A DNA stretch of 64,000 nucleotides from Felis catus (lineage: Eukaryota), in NCBI RefSeq assembly GCF_018350175.1, contig NC_058368.1, positions 95,854,001 to 95,918,000 on the forward strand, read 5' to 3'. Below are positions 62,735 to 64,000 of the stretch, piece by piece (within the stretch, counting starts at the first letter, position 1; the number at the start of each line of letters is the position of its first letter). Position numbers and translations under genes: made by a program. The notes beneath the pieces are model-generated. The model made no database searches and was not told the DNA's origin. It saw only the letters and a list, made by a program, of their open reading frames with translations.

Positions 62735-64000
62735 TTTTTTTGTTTTTCAGGTTTTTTTTAGGTTTTAGTTTCACAACAAAATTGATAGGAAGGTACAGAG
62801 ATTTCCCATATAGCCTCTGCCATCCACCACCCGTAGTCTCCCTCACTATCAACATCAGTCACTGGGGCAGTACATTTGTTACACTTCATGAGTCTACACT
62901 GCCACATCATAATCACCCAAAGTCCACAGCTGACATTAGAGTTCATCCTTGGTTTGCATTCTCTGGATTTGGATACATGTATAAGGGCATGTATCCATCA
63001 TTATAATATCATACGGAATATTTTCAGTGCCCTAAAGTCCTCTGTGCTCTGCCTATTCATCCCCTCCAACCCAGCAATCACTGATCTTTGAACTGTCTCT
63101 ATAGTTTTACATTTTCCAGAATGTTCTAGAGTTGTTATATGGAGCCATTTCAAACTGGCTTCTTTTACTTCATATGCCATAGCAATATGCATGTAAGATT
63201 CTTCCATGTGTTTTCATAGCTTGTTAGATCTTTTTTTTCCTTTTTTTTTTTTTTTTTTTTTTTTTAGTAGTGGCAAATATTCCATTGTCTGGATGTATAA
63301 CAGTTTATCCATTCACCTGCTGAAGGACACCTTGGTTGCTTCCAAGTGGTGGCAATTATGGAGAAAGCTGTCATATTTATGGAAAAAGCTGTCATATATA
63401 TATGTGTGTGTGTGAATGTGTGTGTGTGTGTGCGCGCGTGCACACACACACACACACACCCCAACTACATGCAGTTTTTTTTTCCTCAGAATGTAAGTTT
63501 TAAACCCCTTTGAGTAATGCCCATGGAACATGGTTATTGGATCATGTGGCAAGGTTGTGTGTTTCTCTGTAAGAGACCACCAAACTGCCTTCTAATGTGA
63601 CTGTAGCACTTTGCCCTCCCACCAGCAAAGAGAGTTCTTGTTGTTCCCTGTCATCTCCACATTTGGTATTGTCCCTGTTTCAGACTGTGGCCATTCTCCT
63701 AGGTACATAGGGGTAGCTCATCGTTGCGTTAATTTGCGTCTCCCTAATGACAAATGAGGTGAAGCCTCTTTTCATATGCTTATTTGCCATTAGTAGATCT
63801 TTTTTGGTGAGAAGTCTTACGAGATGTTTAGCTCCTATCTTAATTAGGGTGTTTCCTTATTGCTGAGTTTTCCTAGCTCTTTATTTTGGGCAACAATCCT
63901 TCACCAGACAGATCTTTTGCACATAGTTTCTCCCCGTCTGTGGCTTGTCGACTCGTTCTCTTAGTGTTGTCTTTCACACGGTGGAAGTTTTTGGTAACGT
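62735..64000 (-). mobile_element. L1 (L1MC-like) 3' UTR and ORF2 end, running off the window
   Basis: ttcacaacaaaattgataggaaggtacagagatttcccata 3' terminus; ccattcacctgctgaaggacaccttggttgcttcca, ttttcatatgcttatttgccat. Confidence 0.88.
63403..63459. repeat. (TG)n-(CG)3-(CA)n quasi-palindromic microsatellite
   Basis: Direct reading. Confidence 0.95.

Overview
Eukaryotic, AT-rich mammalian genomic DNA, almost certainly from a felid: about 38 tRNA-derived carnivore SINEs (Can-SINE/SINEC, including the young cat-type subfamily) and carnivore-type L1 3' ends. The window reads as the inside of a large + strand gene. It has one convincing 33-nt, frame-preserving exon at 893-925 (EIKHFLTHEFR; gene not recognised), followed by ~63 kb in which I found no other credible exon. 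The rest is SINEs, L1 fragments (mostly antisense), L2, MIR, a CR1/L3 relic, MaLR/ERVL solo LTRs, microsatellites and a few repeat-poor unique stretches. Listed ORFs are SINE, microsatellite or chance artefacts, apart from broken L1 ORF2 (and probably CR1) pieces. I found no prokaryotic-type system, CRISPR array or intact novel gene. The best leads are the microexon, a G-quadruplex/GC-box element with a consensus antisense splice donor (~29.5-29.75 kb) and several mechanistically readable retrotransposition events. Repeat family names come from recall of consensus sequences, not a database search, and repeat boundaries are approximate.
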